64,000 nucleotides of DNA from Verrucomicrobiia bacterium. Lineage in GTDB: Bacteria; Methylomirabilota; Methylomirabilia; Rokubacteriales; CSP1-6. Location of the stretch: contig DATJIR010000380.1 of the NCBI GenBank assembly GCA_035493135.1, forward strand, positions 4,501 to 68,500, given 5' to 3'. A model generated the notes under the pieces. The model did not search any database. It had not been told where the DNA came from and saw only the letters and a program-made list of their open reading frames with translations. Each line of letters opens with the position of its first letter. Position 1 is the first letter of the stretch. The position numbers and the translations under genes were made by a program. Of the stretch, positions 26,633-37,728 are shown piece after piece.

Positions 26633-26648
26633 TGGCACCCGCGTTGCA
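26633..26648 (+). promoter_or_regulatory. sigma-54 promoter (TGGCACccgcgTTGCA)
   Basis: A perfect consensus whose 16-mer is identical to 33187-33202. The -12 C lies 41 nt upstream of ATG 26688. Confidence 0.8.
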
Positions 26649-26687
26649 CCCGCTCCTCTCCCAGAAGGCCAACCGAGGAGGAGCGCG

Positions 26688-27050
26688 ATGGATGCCCGGT
26701 TCGATTCGACCCTGCACGCGGAGTTCCGCCGTCGGCTCCTCGCGAGCCGTGAGAGCCTCCTGCGCACGGTGGCCGCCAGCGACGAGGAGGTGTCGGCGCT
26801 CGAGGCGCCGGGACCCGGCGACTCGCCAGACCACGCCTCGGCCCGCTCGATCGCCACGCTGATGTCGCGGCTGGCGGGTCAGGAGAAGCGCGAGCTCGAC
26901 GAGGTGGCGGCCGCGCTGCGCCGGCTCGGGTCGGGCGCGTACGGCGTGTGTGAGAGCTGCCGCGAGCCCATCGCGCTCGCGCGGCTGCGGGCGGTGCCCG
27001 CGACGCGCTGCTGTGTGCATTGTCAGGCCAGCCAGGAGGTCGTTCCGTGA
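26688..27050 (+). CDS. DksA/TraR-family C4 zinc-finger protein
   Basis: The C-terminus GVCESCREPIALARLRAVPATRCCVHC is the CxxC-N17-CxxC DksA/TraR finger, preceded by a coiled-coil-like region. GGAGGAG lies upstream of the ATG. Confidence 0.8.
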   Translation: MDARFDSTLHAEFRRRLLASRESLLRTVAASDEEVSALEAPGPGDSPDHASARSIATLMSRLAGQEKRELDEVAAALRRLGSGAYGVCESCREPIALARLRAVPATRCCVHCQASQEVVP

Positions 27051-27352
27051 TCAAGGGAATGCTGCTGATGCTCTTGCTGGCCGCCGGCGCCGAGGCGCAA
27101 GACGGCGCGCTGGTGGCCCGGGGGCAGGGCGTCTTCAAGGACCAGGGCTGCTACGGCTGCCACACCGTGGGCAAGACGGGCACGCCGATCGCGACGGACC
27201 TCTCCCGGATCGGCGCGAAGCACGACGAGGCGTATCTCGGGGCGTGGCTGCGCGACCCCTCGCAGCAGAAGCCGCGGCAGCACATGCCCAAGCTCAAGCT
27301 GACCGAGGCCGAGGTGAAGGCCCTGGCCGCCTACCTCGGATCGCTGCGGTGA
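27047..27352 (+). CDS. monohaem c-type cytochrome (class I-like), secreted
   Basis: The signal-like N-terminus is IKGMLLMLLLAAGAEA. The haem site is CYGCH and the distal Met region is QHMPK. GTG 27047 lies in a GTGA overlap with AGGAGG 8 nt upstream. Confidence 0.85.
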   Translation: MIKGMLLMLLLAAGAEAQDGALVARGQGVFKDQGCYGCHTVGKTGTPIATDLSRIGAKHDEAYLGAWLRDPSQQKPRQHMPKLKLTEAEVKALAAYLGSLR

Positions 27353-27385
27353 TCCGGAGACCCCGGCGCGGCTGAGCAGGCGGGC

Positions 27386-28480
27386 ATGGCGCGCCCACGC
27401 CACATCGGGGTCCTGACCGCGGGGGGCGACTGCCCCGGGATGAACGCGGCGGTGCGCGCGGTGGTGAAGACCGCGGAGCACCGGCACGAGCTGCGGGTGA
27501 CCGGCTTCCTCGACGGCTTCGCCGGGCTGCTCGCGGACCGCGCCCGTCCGCTCGGCTTCGACGACGTGGCCGGCATTCTCGTGCAGGGCGGCACCATGCT
27601 CGGCGCCTCCAACCGCGACGATCCGTTTCGCGTGCCGATCGCGGGCGGCGGCTACGAGGATCGATCGGACGCGGTGCTGGCCACCGCGGCGCGGCACCGG
27701 CTCGACGGGCTGGTGGTGGTCGGCGGCGACGGCAGCCTCACGATCGCCCGCCGGCTCGCCGCCCGCGGCCTGCCGATCGTCGGCATCCCGAAGACCATCG
27801 ACAACGACGTGTCGGGCACCGACATCACGGTGGGCTTCGACTCGGCGCTGTGCGTGGCGACCGAGGCGCTCGATCGGCTGCACAGCACCGCCGCGGCCCA
27901 TCACCGCGTCATGGTCGTCGAGGTGATGGGCCGGCAGGCGGGCTGGATCGCCCTCGAGGCCGGCATCGCGGCGGGCGGGGACGTGATCCTGATCCCGGAG
28001 ATCCCGTTCCGCTACGAGGCCGCCGCCGCCGGCATCGTCGCGCGCGCCCATCGCGGCCGCCGCTTCTCGATCGTGGTGGTGGCGGAGGGAGCCCTCTGTC
28101 CCGACGGAGGCCCGGTGGTGCGCGAACGCGTCGCGGACAGCCCGGAGCCGATCCGCCTGGGCGGGGTGGGAGCGGTGGTCTCCCACGCGCTGGAGTCCCT
28201 CGTGCCCTTCGAGGTGCGCTGCGTCGTGCTCGGGCACCTGCAGCGCGGCGGCGGCCCGACCCCGTTCGATCGGATGCTGGCGACCCGGTTCGGGGTCGCG
28301 GCGGTGACCGCGCTCGCCGAGGGCGACTCCGGGTGCATGGTGGCCCTGCGCGGCGATCGGATCGAGCGCGTGCCCATCGACGAGACCGTCACCCGCCCGC
28401 GCCTCGTCGACCCGCGCGGGGAGCGCGTGACGGTGGCGCGCAGCGTGGGGACGATCTTCGGCGACGAGGTCCCCGCCTAG
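27386..28480 (+). CDS. pfkA: ATP-dependent 6-phosphofructokinase
   Basis: IGVLTAGGDCPGMNAAVRAVV, VVVGGDGS, GIPKTIDNDV and VMGRQAGWIAL are classic PFK motifs. Confidence 0.95.
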   Translation: MARPRHIGVLTAGGDCPGMNAAVRAVVKTAEHRHELRVTGFLDGFAGLLADRARPLGFDDVAGILVQGGTMLGASNRDDPFRVPIAGGGYEDRSDAVLATAARHRLDGLVVVGGDGSLTIARRLAARGLPIVGIPKTIDNDVSGTDITVGFDSALCVATEALDRLHSTAAAHHRVMVVEVMGRQAGWIALEAGIAAGGDVILIPEIPFRYEAAAAGIVARAHRGRRFSIVVVAEGALCPDGGPVVRERVADSPEPIRLGGVGAVVSHALESLVPFEVRCVVLGHLQRGGGPTPFDRMLATRFGVAAVTALAEGDSGCMVALRGDRIERVPIDETVTRPRLVDPRGERVTVARSVGTIFGDEVPA

Positions 28481-29334
28481 GGCTCGCGCCCGCTCGCGCG
28501 CTTCGAGGCCGGTCGACCCCGCAGGTAGACGAACCAGTAGACCGCGCCGACCAGCACCGCGCCGCCGATGACGTTGCCGAGCGTGACCGGCGCCAGGTTC
28601 CGGACCAGGAACGCGCTCCACGTCGGCGCGGCGGCGCCCACGACCGGCGCGTGGGCGCGGACCCAGTCGGGATCGAGCGCGGTGACGAAGATCGCGTAGG
28701 GCACGAAGTACATGTTGGCGACCGAGTGCTCGAAGCCGGCGGCGACGAACGCGCTGATCGGCGGCACGATCGCGAGGATCCGGTCGGCGGTGGTCCGCGC
28801 GCTGTAGCCGAGCCACACCGCGAGGCACACGAGCGCGTTGCCCAGCATCCCGAGCACCACCGCCTGGACCGGATGGAGCGCGAGCTTGGCCTGCGCGACG
28901 GCGAAGGCGGCCTCGCCGAACGCGCCATCGCCGCCGCGGGCGGTCCCGGCCAGGCAGACCGCGAGCGCGGTCGCGGCGGCCCCCGCGAAGTTGCCCACGA
29001 ACACGATGGTCCAGTTGCGGAGCAGGGCGGGCGTGCTCACCCGGCCGCTCGCCCACGCCATCACGATCAGGTTGTTGCCGGTGAAGAGCTCGGCGCCGCC
29101 CACCACCACCAGGATGAGCCCGAGGCTGAAGGCGACCCCGCCGAGCACACGGGCGGGCCCCCAGGGCAGGGCGGACGACCCGGCCAGCGCGGTGGTGGCG
29201 AAGACGGCCCCCAGCGCGATGAACGCGCCGGCCAGGACCGCGAGCACGAAGAGACGCGGGGTGTCCATCGACGTCTTCGCCACCCCGATCGTCTCGGCGC
29301 GCTCCGCCATCTGAGGCGGCAGCAGGGCATCCAT
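28477..29334 (-). CDS. formate/nitrite transporter family protein (FocA/NirC-like)
   Basis: GAELFTGNN and [10 protein letters not shown] are the FNT signature regions. It has six TM segments. ATG 29334 has GGAGGAGG upstream. Confidence 0.9.
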   Translation of the reverse strand: MDALLPPQMAERAETIGVAKTSMDTPRLFVLAVLAGAFIALGAVFATTALAGSSALPWGPARVLGGVAFSLGLILVVVGGAELFTGNNLIVMAWASGRVSTPALLRNWTIVFVGNFAGAAATALAVCLAGTARGGDGAFGEAAFAVAQAKLALHPVQAVVLGMLGNALVCLAVWLGYSARTTADRILAIVPPISAFVAAGFEHSVANMYFVPYAIFVTALDPDWVRAHAPVVGAAAPTWSAFLVRNLAPVTLGNVIGGAVLVGAVYWFVYLRGRPASKRASGREP

Positions 29335-29401
29335 CGCGTCACCTCCTCCGGGCCGAGTATGCCCCGGAGGGCGGGCCGGCGGCTGTAGCATAATCGGACT
29401 C

Positions 29402-30835
29402 GTGGACGAGCTCCGGAAGACCCTCCCCGTCGTCGAGCAGGCGTTCACCCGCGCGTCGGGGGCGCCCCTCCTCACCGGCAACGAGGTACGGCTGCTCAAG
29501 GACGCGGGCCAGAACTACCCGGCGTGGCTCGAGGCCATCGAGGGCGCGGAGCACACGATCCACTTCGAGAGCTACATCATCCACGACGACGCGACGGGAC
29601 AGGAGTTCGCCCGCGCGCTCGCAGCGCGCGCCCGCGCGGGCGTCCGGGTGCGCGTGATCTACGACTGGCTCGGCGCGGTCGGCAAGACCGGCCGGCGGTT
29701 CTGGCGCGACCTGCGCGCGGCGGGCGTCGAGGTGCGCGCCTTCAATCCGCCGGGCCTGTCGAGCCCGTTCGCCTGGCTGGGGCGCGACCACCGGAAGATG
29801 CTCGCGGTCGACGGTCGGGTCGCGTTCGTCACCGGCCTCTGCGTGGGCCGCTACTGGGTGGGCGATCCCGCGCGCGGGATCGAGCCCTGGCGCGACACCG
29901 GGGTGGCGGTGCGGGGCCCGGCGGTCGCGGCGCTCGAGGACGCGTTCGCCCAGATGTGGGCGCTGGCCGGCCCGCCGCTCCCTCCGGCCTCGCGCGTGGC
30001 CCACGAGCGCCTCGCGCCCGCCGGCCCCGTGGCGCTGCGGGTGATCGCGAGCGCGCCGGGCACCGCCGCGCTCTACCGGCTGGACCAGCTGGTGGCGGCG
30101 GCCGCGCGGCGGACCCTCTGGCTCACCGACGCCTACTTCGTCGGGACCGCGACGTACGTGCAGGCGCTCAGCTCGGCGGCCCGCGACCGCGTCGACGTTC
30201 GCCTGCTCGTGCCCGGCGCCAGCGACATCTGGATCCTGCGGGGCCTGTCGCGGGCGGGCTATCGCCCGCTCCTCGAGGCGGGGGTGCGCGTCTACGAGTG
30301 GAACGGGCCCATGCTGCACGCCAAGAGCGCGGTCGCCGACGGTCGCTGGGCGCGCGTGGGCTCGACCAACCTGAACCTCCAGTCCTGGTTCGGGAACTGG
30401 GAGCTCGACGTGGCGGTGGAGGACGAGGGCTTCGCCCAGGCCATGGAGCGGATGTACCTCGACGACCTCACGCGCGCCACCGAGATCACGCTCTCCGCGC
30501 GCTCGCGCGTGGTGCGGACCGCGCCCGCGCCCCATCGCCGGGGGACCCGGCGGCCGGGCAGCGCCGGCCGGGCCGCCGCCGGGGCGGTCAGCATCGGCAG
30601 CGCGGTGGGCGCCGCGGTGACCGGCCGCCGCGCGCTGGGCCCGGCCGAGGCGCGGCTCCTGGGCGGGGCCGGGGTCGCGCTCGTCGTGCTGGCCCTCCTC
30701 GGCCTCGTCTGGCCGCGGCTCATCGCGGTGCCGGGGGCGGTGATCGCGCTATGGGTGGCGCTCGGCCTGCTGCTCCACGCGCGCACGCTCCATCGCGAGC
30801 GAACCGGGCGAGCGAAGCGCGAGAGCCAGGACTGA
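29402..30835 (+). CDS. phospholipase D-family cardiolipin synthase with C-terminal membrane helices
   Basis: It has two HKD motifs ([16 protein letters not shown] and [21 protein letters not shown]). Two hydrophobic helices lie near the C-terminus ([14 protein letters not shown] and [13 protein letters not shown]). GTG start. Confidence 0.85.
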   Translation: MDELRKTLPVVEQAFTRASGAPLLTGNEVRLLKDAGQNYPAWLEAIEGAEHTIHFESYIIHDDATGQEFARALAARARAGVRVRVIYDWLGAVGKTGRRFWRDLRAAGVEVRAFNPPGLSSPFAWLGRDHRKMLAVDGRVAFVTGLCVGRYWVGDPARGIEPWRDTGVAVRGPAVAALEDAFAQMWALAGPPLPPASRVAHERLAPAGPVALRVIASAPGTAALYRLDQLVAAAARRTLWLTDAYFVGTATYVQALSSAARDRVDVRLLVPGASDIWILRGLSRAGYRPLLEAGVRVYEWNGPMLHAKSAVADGRWARVGSTNLNLQSWFGNWELDVAVEDEGFAQAMERMYLDDLTRATEITLSARSRVVRTAPAPHRRGTRRPGSAGRAAAGAVSIGSAVGAAVTGRRALGPAEARLLGGAGVALVVLALLGLVWPRLIAVPGAVIALWVALGLLLHARTLHRERTGRAKRESQD

Positions 30836-30862
30836 GGCCGCGCCAACTGCGACCGGCCGCCG

Positions 30863-33073
<2,211 letters not shown>

Positions 33074-33096
33074 GGCCCGGGCCGCATCAAGGGGCC

Positions 33097-33134
33097 CTGG
33101 GGCGCCGTCGCCACAGCGAGGCGGGGCCGCCTCG
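33097..33134. promoter_or_regulatory. candidate enhancer sites: dyad CTGGGGCGccgtcgCCACAG plus adjacent palindrome CGAGGCGGggCCGCCTCG
   Basis: The first dyad starts exactly 90 bp upstream of the TGGCAC, as at 5613/5703. The block ...CGCCTCGGCA is shared with the first hsp20 promoter. Confidence 0.5.
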
Positions 33135-33186
33135 GCAGTCGTCGACCTCTCGGGCCGTAACTTACCGAATCGATGAGGATCTCCCG

Positions 33187-33202
33187 TGGCACCCGCGTTG
33201 CA
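33187..33202 (+). promoter_or_regulatory. sigma-54 promoter (TGGCACccgcgTTGCA)
   Basis: A perfect consensus. The -12 C lies 49 nt upstream of ATG 33250. Confidence 0.85.
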
Positions 33203-33249
33203 ATTCTTGCCGGGGGGGCGCGTGACGCTCGAGGAGGGAGGAGACCACC

Positions 33250-33681
33250 ATGATGCGCGGGCTGATGCCGTGGACGGGAATCGAGAGCCTGCAGCGGGAG
33301 ATGGACCGGCTGCTCGATCGCATCGCGCGGGTCAAGCGCACGGAGCTACCGGCGCTGGGGGACTGGGTGCCCAGCCTGGACGTCGCCGAGACCGCGGACA
33401 GCCTGGTCGCGACCGTCGAGGTGCCGGGGCTGGAGCGGCAGGACGTCGAGATCGCGCTGCACGACGGCCTGCTCACGATCACGGGGGAGAAGCGCCGGGA
33501 GCCCAAGGCGCGCTATCATCACGCGGAGCGAGCCTGCGGGACCTTCGTCCGCAGCCTGCGGCTGCCGATGGCGGTGGACGCGGCGCGGGTGACCGCGACG
33601 GTCAAGAACGGGCTCCTGACCGTGACGCTGCCCAAGACGCCCGCGGCGCGGGGCACCATGATCCCGATCGGGGAGGTCTAG
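33250..33681 (+). CDS. Hsp20/alpha-crystallin small heat-shock protein (paralogue of 5774-6211)
   Basis: It has the same architecture as the first hsp20. The C-terminal NGLLTVTLPKTPAA(R/K)GTMIPI is near-identical. GGAGGGAGGAG lies upstream. Confidence 0.95.
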   Translation: MMRGLMPWTGIESLQREMDRLLDRIARVKRTELPALGDWVPSLDVAETADSLVATVEVPGLERQDVEIALHDGLLTITGEKRREPKARYHHAERACGTFVRSLRLPMAVDAARVTATVKNGLLTVTLPKTPAARGTMIPIGEV

Positions 33682-33685
33682 CACC

Positions 33686-34126
33686 ATGTTCTACCGGATC
33701 ATCGTCCCGACCGACTTCTCGTCCTGCTCGGAGGAAGCGTGGCGCCTCGCCCAGCGCCTCGCCGGCATGTCCGGCGCGGAACTGGTGCTGACCCACGTGC
33801 TGAGCGAGGCCCCGCTGTTCCGCGAGGGCCCGTTCATCATGCCCAAGGTGCGCGAGGTCTTCGAGGCGGCCCGGAGCTTCGCCGATGCCGCGCTCGAGGA
33901 GTGGGTGGCCAAGGCGCGGGCCGAGGGTCTCTCGGCGCGCGCGGCGCTCCGCAGCGGCGTGGCCTACCAGGAGATCGTCACGCTCGCGGGAGACGAGCGG
34001 GCCGACCTCGTCGTCATCGGCACCCACGGCCGCGGCGGGATCGATCGCGTGCTGCTCGGCAGCGTGGCCGACCGGGTGGTCCGGCTCGCGCCGTGCCCGG
34101 TGCTCACGGTCCGCGAGCCCGCCTGA
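33686..34126 (+). CDS. universal stress protein
   Basis: MFYRIIVPTDFS... and ...IGTHGRGGIDRVLLGSVADRVVRLAPCPVLTV. Confidence 0.9.
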   Translation: MFYRIIVPTDFSSCSEEAWRLAQRLAGMSGAELVLTHVLSEAPLFREGPFIMPKVREVFEAARSFADAALEEWVAKARAEGLSARAALRSGVAYQEIVTLAGDERADLVVIGTHGRGGIDRVLLGSVADRVVRLAPCPVLTVREPA

Positions 34127-34131
34127 GCGCC

Positions 34132-34554
34132 ATGACGCCGGACGTCGGGGCGCGCGGCGGCACGGTGGGCGACTGGATGAGCAAGCCGCCAATGGCGGTG
34201 GCCGAGGACACCCCGATCCGCGCCGCCATCGCCCAGATGGAGCGCGCCGATGTCCGCCACCTGCTCGTGATGGACGGCCCGGTGCTCACCGGCATCCTCT
34301 CCATTCGCGATCTGCGACGGATAGTGGGCCGCGAGTCGGGGGAGCCGGCTCTCTCCGCGCCGGTGCGCTCCATCATGAGCGAGGGCCCGCTCGGCGTGGG
34401 TCGCGGGGTGCCGATGACGATAACGGCGCGGCTCCTGCTCGAGCGCCGCATCGGCGCGCTCCCGGTCTGGGACGGCGAGCAGGTGGTGGGCGTCTTCACG
34501 GCCACGGACGCCCTCGAGGCGCTGCTGGCGATCGCCGAGAGGTCCCACGCGTGA
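34132..34554 (+). CDS. CBS-pair domain protein
   Basis: The CBS repeats are ...VRHLLVMDGPVLTGILSIRDL and IGALPVWDGEQVVGVFTATDAL. ATG 34132 lies 5 nt after the USP stop. Confidence 0.85.
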   Translation: MTPDVGARGGTVGDWMSKPPMAVAEDTPIRAAIAQMERADVRHLLVMDGPVLTGILSIRDLRRIVGRESGEPALSAPVRSIMSEGPLGVGRGVPMTITARLLLERRIGALPVWDGEQVVGVFTATDALEALLAIAERSHA

Positions 34555-36641
34555 GCGGTTCGCTCGTTCCGTTCCTCGACCCAGGCAGCGTGGCGGTGAT
34601 CGGGGCCTCGCGCGATCCGTTCAAGGTCGGCGGCAGCGTCATCGCCAACCTGCGCTCGGCCGGCTTCCGCGGCCGCATCATCCCGGTCAACTCGCGCGCG
34701 AGCACCGTGCAGGGCCTGGCCGCGGTGCCGCGGGTGCAGGACGTCGACGGCCCGGTGGACCTGGCCGTGATCGCGGTGCCCGCGGTCGACGTCCTGCCCG
34801 TGCTCGTGCAGTGCGTGGCCAAGGGAGTGGGCGGCGCGGTGGTGATCTCGGCCGGCTTCCGGGAGATCGGCGGGGAGGGCGCGCGGCGGGAGGCGCAGCT
34901 GCGCGAGTGGCTGCGGGGCCAGCCGATCCGCGTGCTGGGCCCGAACTGCCTCGGCTGGATCCGGCCGACCCGGCGCCTCAACGTGACGTTCGCCCCCGGC
35001 ATGCCCGATCCGGGCGGCATCGCCTTCGTCTCGCACTCCGGCGCGCTCGCGGTGGCGATCCTCGACTGGGCGCGCGACCGCCGGGTCGGCTTCTCCCTCT
35101 TCGCCTCGCTCGGCAACCAGGCCGACGTCAACGAGAGCGACCTGCTCGACGCGGTGGCCACCGATCCGGAGACGCGCGTGATCGCCGGCTACATCGAGGG
35201 CGTGGCCGACGGCCGCCGGTTCCTCGACGCGCTCCGGCGGGCCGCCGCGGTCAAGCCGGTGGTGCTGCTGAAGGCGGGCCGCTCCGCGGAGGGCGCGCGG
35301 GCGGTCTCCTCGCACACCGGCGCGCTCGCCGGCTCCGATCGGGCCTTCGACGCGGCGGTCCGGCAGGCGGGCGCGCTGCGCGTCGATACCGTCGCCGAGC
35401 TGTTCGACGTCGCGCGTGGGCTCGGGAGCCAGCCGATGCCGCGCGGCCGCCGGCTGGTGGTGGTGACCAACGGCGGCGGGCTCGGCATCGTCGCCACGGA
35501 CGCGGCGCGCGCCGCCGGTTTCACCATGGAGCCGCCCGCGGAGCCGCTGCGCCGGCGCCTCGCCGAGGGGCTGCCCGCGACTGCCGGGCTCGGCAACCCG
35601 GTGGACCTGGTGGGCGACGCCGACGCGCGCCGGTACGGCCACGCGCTGCACACCCTGGGCAGCGACAGCGCCGACGCGATGCTCGTGTTGTTGACGCCGC
35701 AGGCCGCGACCGACGCGGCCAGCGTGGCGCGGACCATCGCGGGCGCCACCCTCGGCTGGTCGATCCCGGTGGTCGCGGCCTTCGTGGGCGGCGCGCGCGT
35801 GGCCCCCGGGGTGCGCACGCTCGAGGAGGCGGGCATCCCGTGCTACGCGTTCCCCGAGCCCGCGGTGAAGACCCTGGCCGGCATGGCGCGGCTCGGCGAG
35901 CGTCGCCTCGCGGCTCCGGGGTCCTTCGTGCCGTCGGTCGATCCGGCCGCGGCCCGCGCCTGGCTCGCCGAGCAGGGCGGCCCGGCGGCGCGCCAGCTCG
36001 GCACGCCGGAGCTGCTGCCGCTGCTCGCCGCCTACGGCATCCCCGGCGTCGGCGGCCGCGTGGTCAAGAGCGCCGACGACGCGGCGGCCGCGGCGGAGCG
36101 TCTCGGCTTCCCGGTGGCGCTCAAGATCGTCTCGCCCGACATCACCCACAAGACCGAGGTGGGCGGTGTGGCCCTCGCCCTGCGCGACGCGGGCGCGGTG
36201 CGCGAGGCGGCGGCGGCCATGCTGACGCGTGTCGCGACGGCGCGGCCGCAGGCCACGATCCGCGGGCTGCTCGTCGAGGCCATGGCCCCGGCCGGCAAGG
36301 AGCTGCTGCTGGGCGGCGTGCGCGATTCGCAGTGGGGCCCGGTCCTGATGGTCGGGCTCGGCGGCATCTACGTCGAGGTCATTGGCGACACCGTGGTGTG
36401 CCTGGCCCCGGTCTCGCCCGACGAGGCGGCGACCCTCCTCGACGAGCTCCGCATCGCCCCGCTGCTCCGCGGCATCCGCGGCGAGCGGCCGGTGGATCGC
36501 CCCGCGCTGGCCGGCATCATCAGCCGGTTCTCGCAGCTGCTGGTGGATCTCCCCGAGCTGCGGGAGATCGAGATCAACCCCCTGCTGGCGAGCCCGGACG
36601 GCGTGATCGCGGTGGACGCGCGGGCGCGCCTCGACGCCTAG
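34551..36641 (+). CDS. ADP-forming acetyl-CoA synthetase / acetate-CoA ligase (fused alpha-beta: CoA-binding, succinyl-CoA-synthetase-like and ATP-grasp domains)
   Basis: VAVIGASRDPFKVGG is the CoA-binding motif. GPNCLG and FVSHSGAL mark the phospho-His region. The C-terminal ATP-grasp has GFPVALKIVSPDITHKTEVGGV. GTG 34551 lies in a GTGA overlap. Confidence 0.85.
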   Translation: MSGSLVPFLDPGSVAVIGASRDPFKVGGSVIANLRSAGFRGRIIPVNSRASTVQGLAAVPRVQDVDGPVDLAVIAVPAVDVLPVLVQCVAKGVGGAVVISAGFREIGGEGARREAQLREWLRGQPIRVLGPNCLGWIRPTRRLNVTFAPGMPDPGGIAFVSHSGALAVAILDWARDRRVGFSLFASLGNQADVNESDLLDAVATDPETRVIAGYIEGVADGRRFLDALRRAAAVKPVVLLKAGRSAEGARAVSSHTGALAGSDRAFDAAVRQAGALRVDTVAELFDVARGLGSQPMPRGRRLVVVTNGGGLGIVATDAARAAGFTMEPPAEPLRRRLAEGLPATAGLGNPVDLVGDADARRYGHALHTLGSDSADAMLVLLTPQAATDAASVARTIAGATLGWSIPVVAAFVGGARVAPGVRTLEEAGIPCYAFPEPAVKTLAGMARLGERRLAAPGSFVPSVDPAAARAWLAEQGGPAARQLGTPELLPLLAAYGIPGVGGRVVKSADDAAAAAERLGFPVALKIVSPDITHKTEVGGVALALRDAGAVREAAAAMLTRVATARPQATIRGLLVEAMAPAGKELLLGGVRDSQWGPVLMVGLGGIYVEVIGDTVVCLAPVSPDEAATLLDELRIAPLLRGIRGERPVDRPALAGIISRFSQLLVDLPELREIEINPLLASPDGVIAVDARARLDA

Positions 36642-36650
36642 GAGAGCTCG

Positions 36651-37118
36651 ATGGCCGCTCCGCGAAGCTATCGCCGCATCGTGGTCGGGCTGGACGGGTC
36701 GGCCCACTCGCGCCGGGCCGCCGCCTTCGTCGCGCGGCTCCGTCCGCCGCGGGGCGGCCGGGTGACGTGCGTGCGGGTGGTCGAGCCGGTGCGGCTGCCG
36801 TCGATGCCGCTCGTGCCGGGGCCCATGCGCGCGCAGATCGCGGCGCAGGCGGCCGCGATGGAGCGGGGTCGCCGGGCGGTGGCCCGGCGCCAGGTCGATT
36901 GGGCGGCGGCGCTGCTGGCCAAGGCCGGCTGGCGCGCGCGCGGTGTCCTGCGCACCGGTCTCCCGCTGCGGGAGCTACTGGCCGCGGTCCGCGCGGAGAG
37001 GGCGGACGTGCTGGTGGTGGGGGCGCGCGGCGCGGGCGCGGTGACCCACTTCCTGCTGGGGAGCGTCGCGGAAGCCGCGCTGAAGCGCTCGCCCGTCGAG
37101 GTGCTGGTGGTCAAGTGA
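36651..37118 (+). CDS. universal stress protein
   Basis: YRRIVVGLDGSAHS... and ...VGARGAGAVTHFLLGSVAEAALKRSPVEVLVV. Confidence 0.85.
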   Translation: MAAPRSYRRIVVGLDGSAHSRRAAAFVARLRPPRGGRVTCVRVVEPVRLPSMPLVPGPMRAQIAAQAAAMERGRRAVARRQVDWAAALLAKAGWRARGVLRTGLPLRELLAAVRAERADVLVVGARGAGAVTHFLLGSVAEAALKRSPVEVLVVK

Positions 37119-37132
37119 GCGAGGAGGCCGAC

Positions 37133-37702
37133 ATGCGACCCACCGAGATTCTCTTCCCGACCGACTTCTCCCCCGCCTCCGAGGCGGCGGGCCGTATCGC
37201 CCGGGCCATGGCCCTCGAGGCCGGGGCCCGCCTGCACGTGCTGCACGTGGTGCCTCCGGTCACCGATCCGTCGACCTTCTCGGAGCGACTCGCGCACGCG
37301 GCACAGGCTCTCGCCGAGGGGCTCCGGGTGGAGACCGCGCTCCGCACCGGGCTGGCCGGGCGGACCATCGTCGACTACGCGCGCGAGAAGGGGATCGGCC
37401 TGGTCGTGCTCGGCACGCACGGGCGCACGGGGTGGAGCCACGCGATCCTGGGCAGCGTCGCCGAGACGGTGGTGCGGCTCGCGCCCTGCCCGATCCTCAC
37501 CGTGCCGGCCGGGTCGCTCGAGCCGGCGGGCGCGGCCACGCCCGCGGCGACCGCCGCGCCGACCCCGCCGCGGCCCTGCCTCGTGTGCGGCAAGCCGAGC
37601 GACGAGCTGATCTGCGAGCCCTGCCGCGCGCACATCCGCGCGGAGGCGATGGACCAGAAGCGGGAGGCCGAGCGCCCCGGGCGCCGCGGCATGCCGGTAT
37701 GA
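37133..37702 (+). CDS. universal stress protein with C-terminal CxxC-N8-CxxC extension
   Basis: MRPTEILFPTDFS... and ...LGTHGRTGWSHAILGSVAETVVRLAPCPILTV form the USP domain. A Pro/Ala linker follows, then PCLVCGKPSDELICEPCRAH. Confidence 0.85.
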   Translation: MRPTEILFPTDFSPASEAAGRIARAMALEAGARLHVLHVVPPVTDPSTFSERLAHAAQALAEGLRVETALRTGLAGRTIVDYAREKGIGLVVLGTHGRTGWSHAILGSVAETVVRLAPCPILTVPAGSLEPAGAATPAATAAPTPPRPCLVCGKPSDELICEPCRAHIRAEAMDQKREAERPGRRGMPV

Positions 37703-37728
37703 GCGAGGCCGAGAGAGGAGGACGCCCC

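Noticed and set aside
26473-26862. A 129-aa ORF starting in the intergenic region and running into the DksA/TraR gene
   Set aside because: It has R-rich shadow composition and overlaps two hairpins, the sigma-54 promoter and a gene with a clear zinc-finger motif.
34104-37702. The 867-aa antisense ORF and the 963-aa plus-strand ORF overlapping the acetyl-CoA synthetase and USP genes
   Set aside because: Only the terminal part of the plus-strand ORF (37133-37702, USP) is protein-like. The remainder is R/G/A/P-rich shadow.
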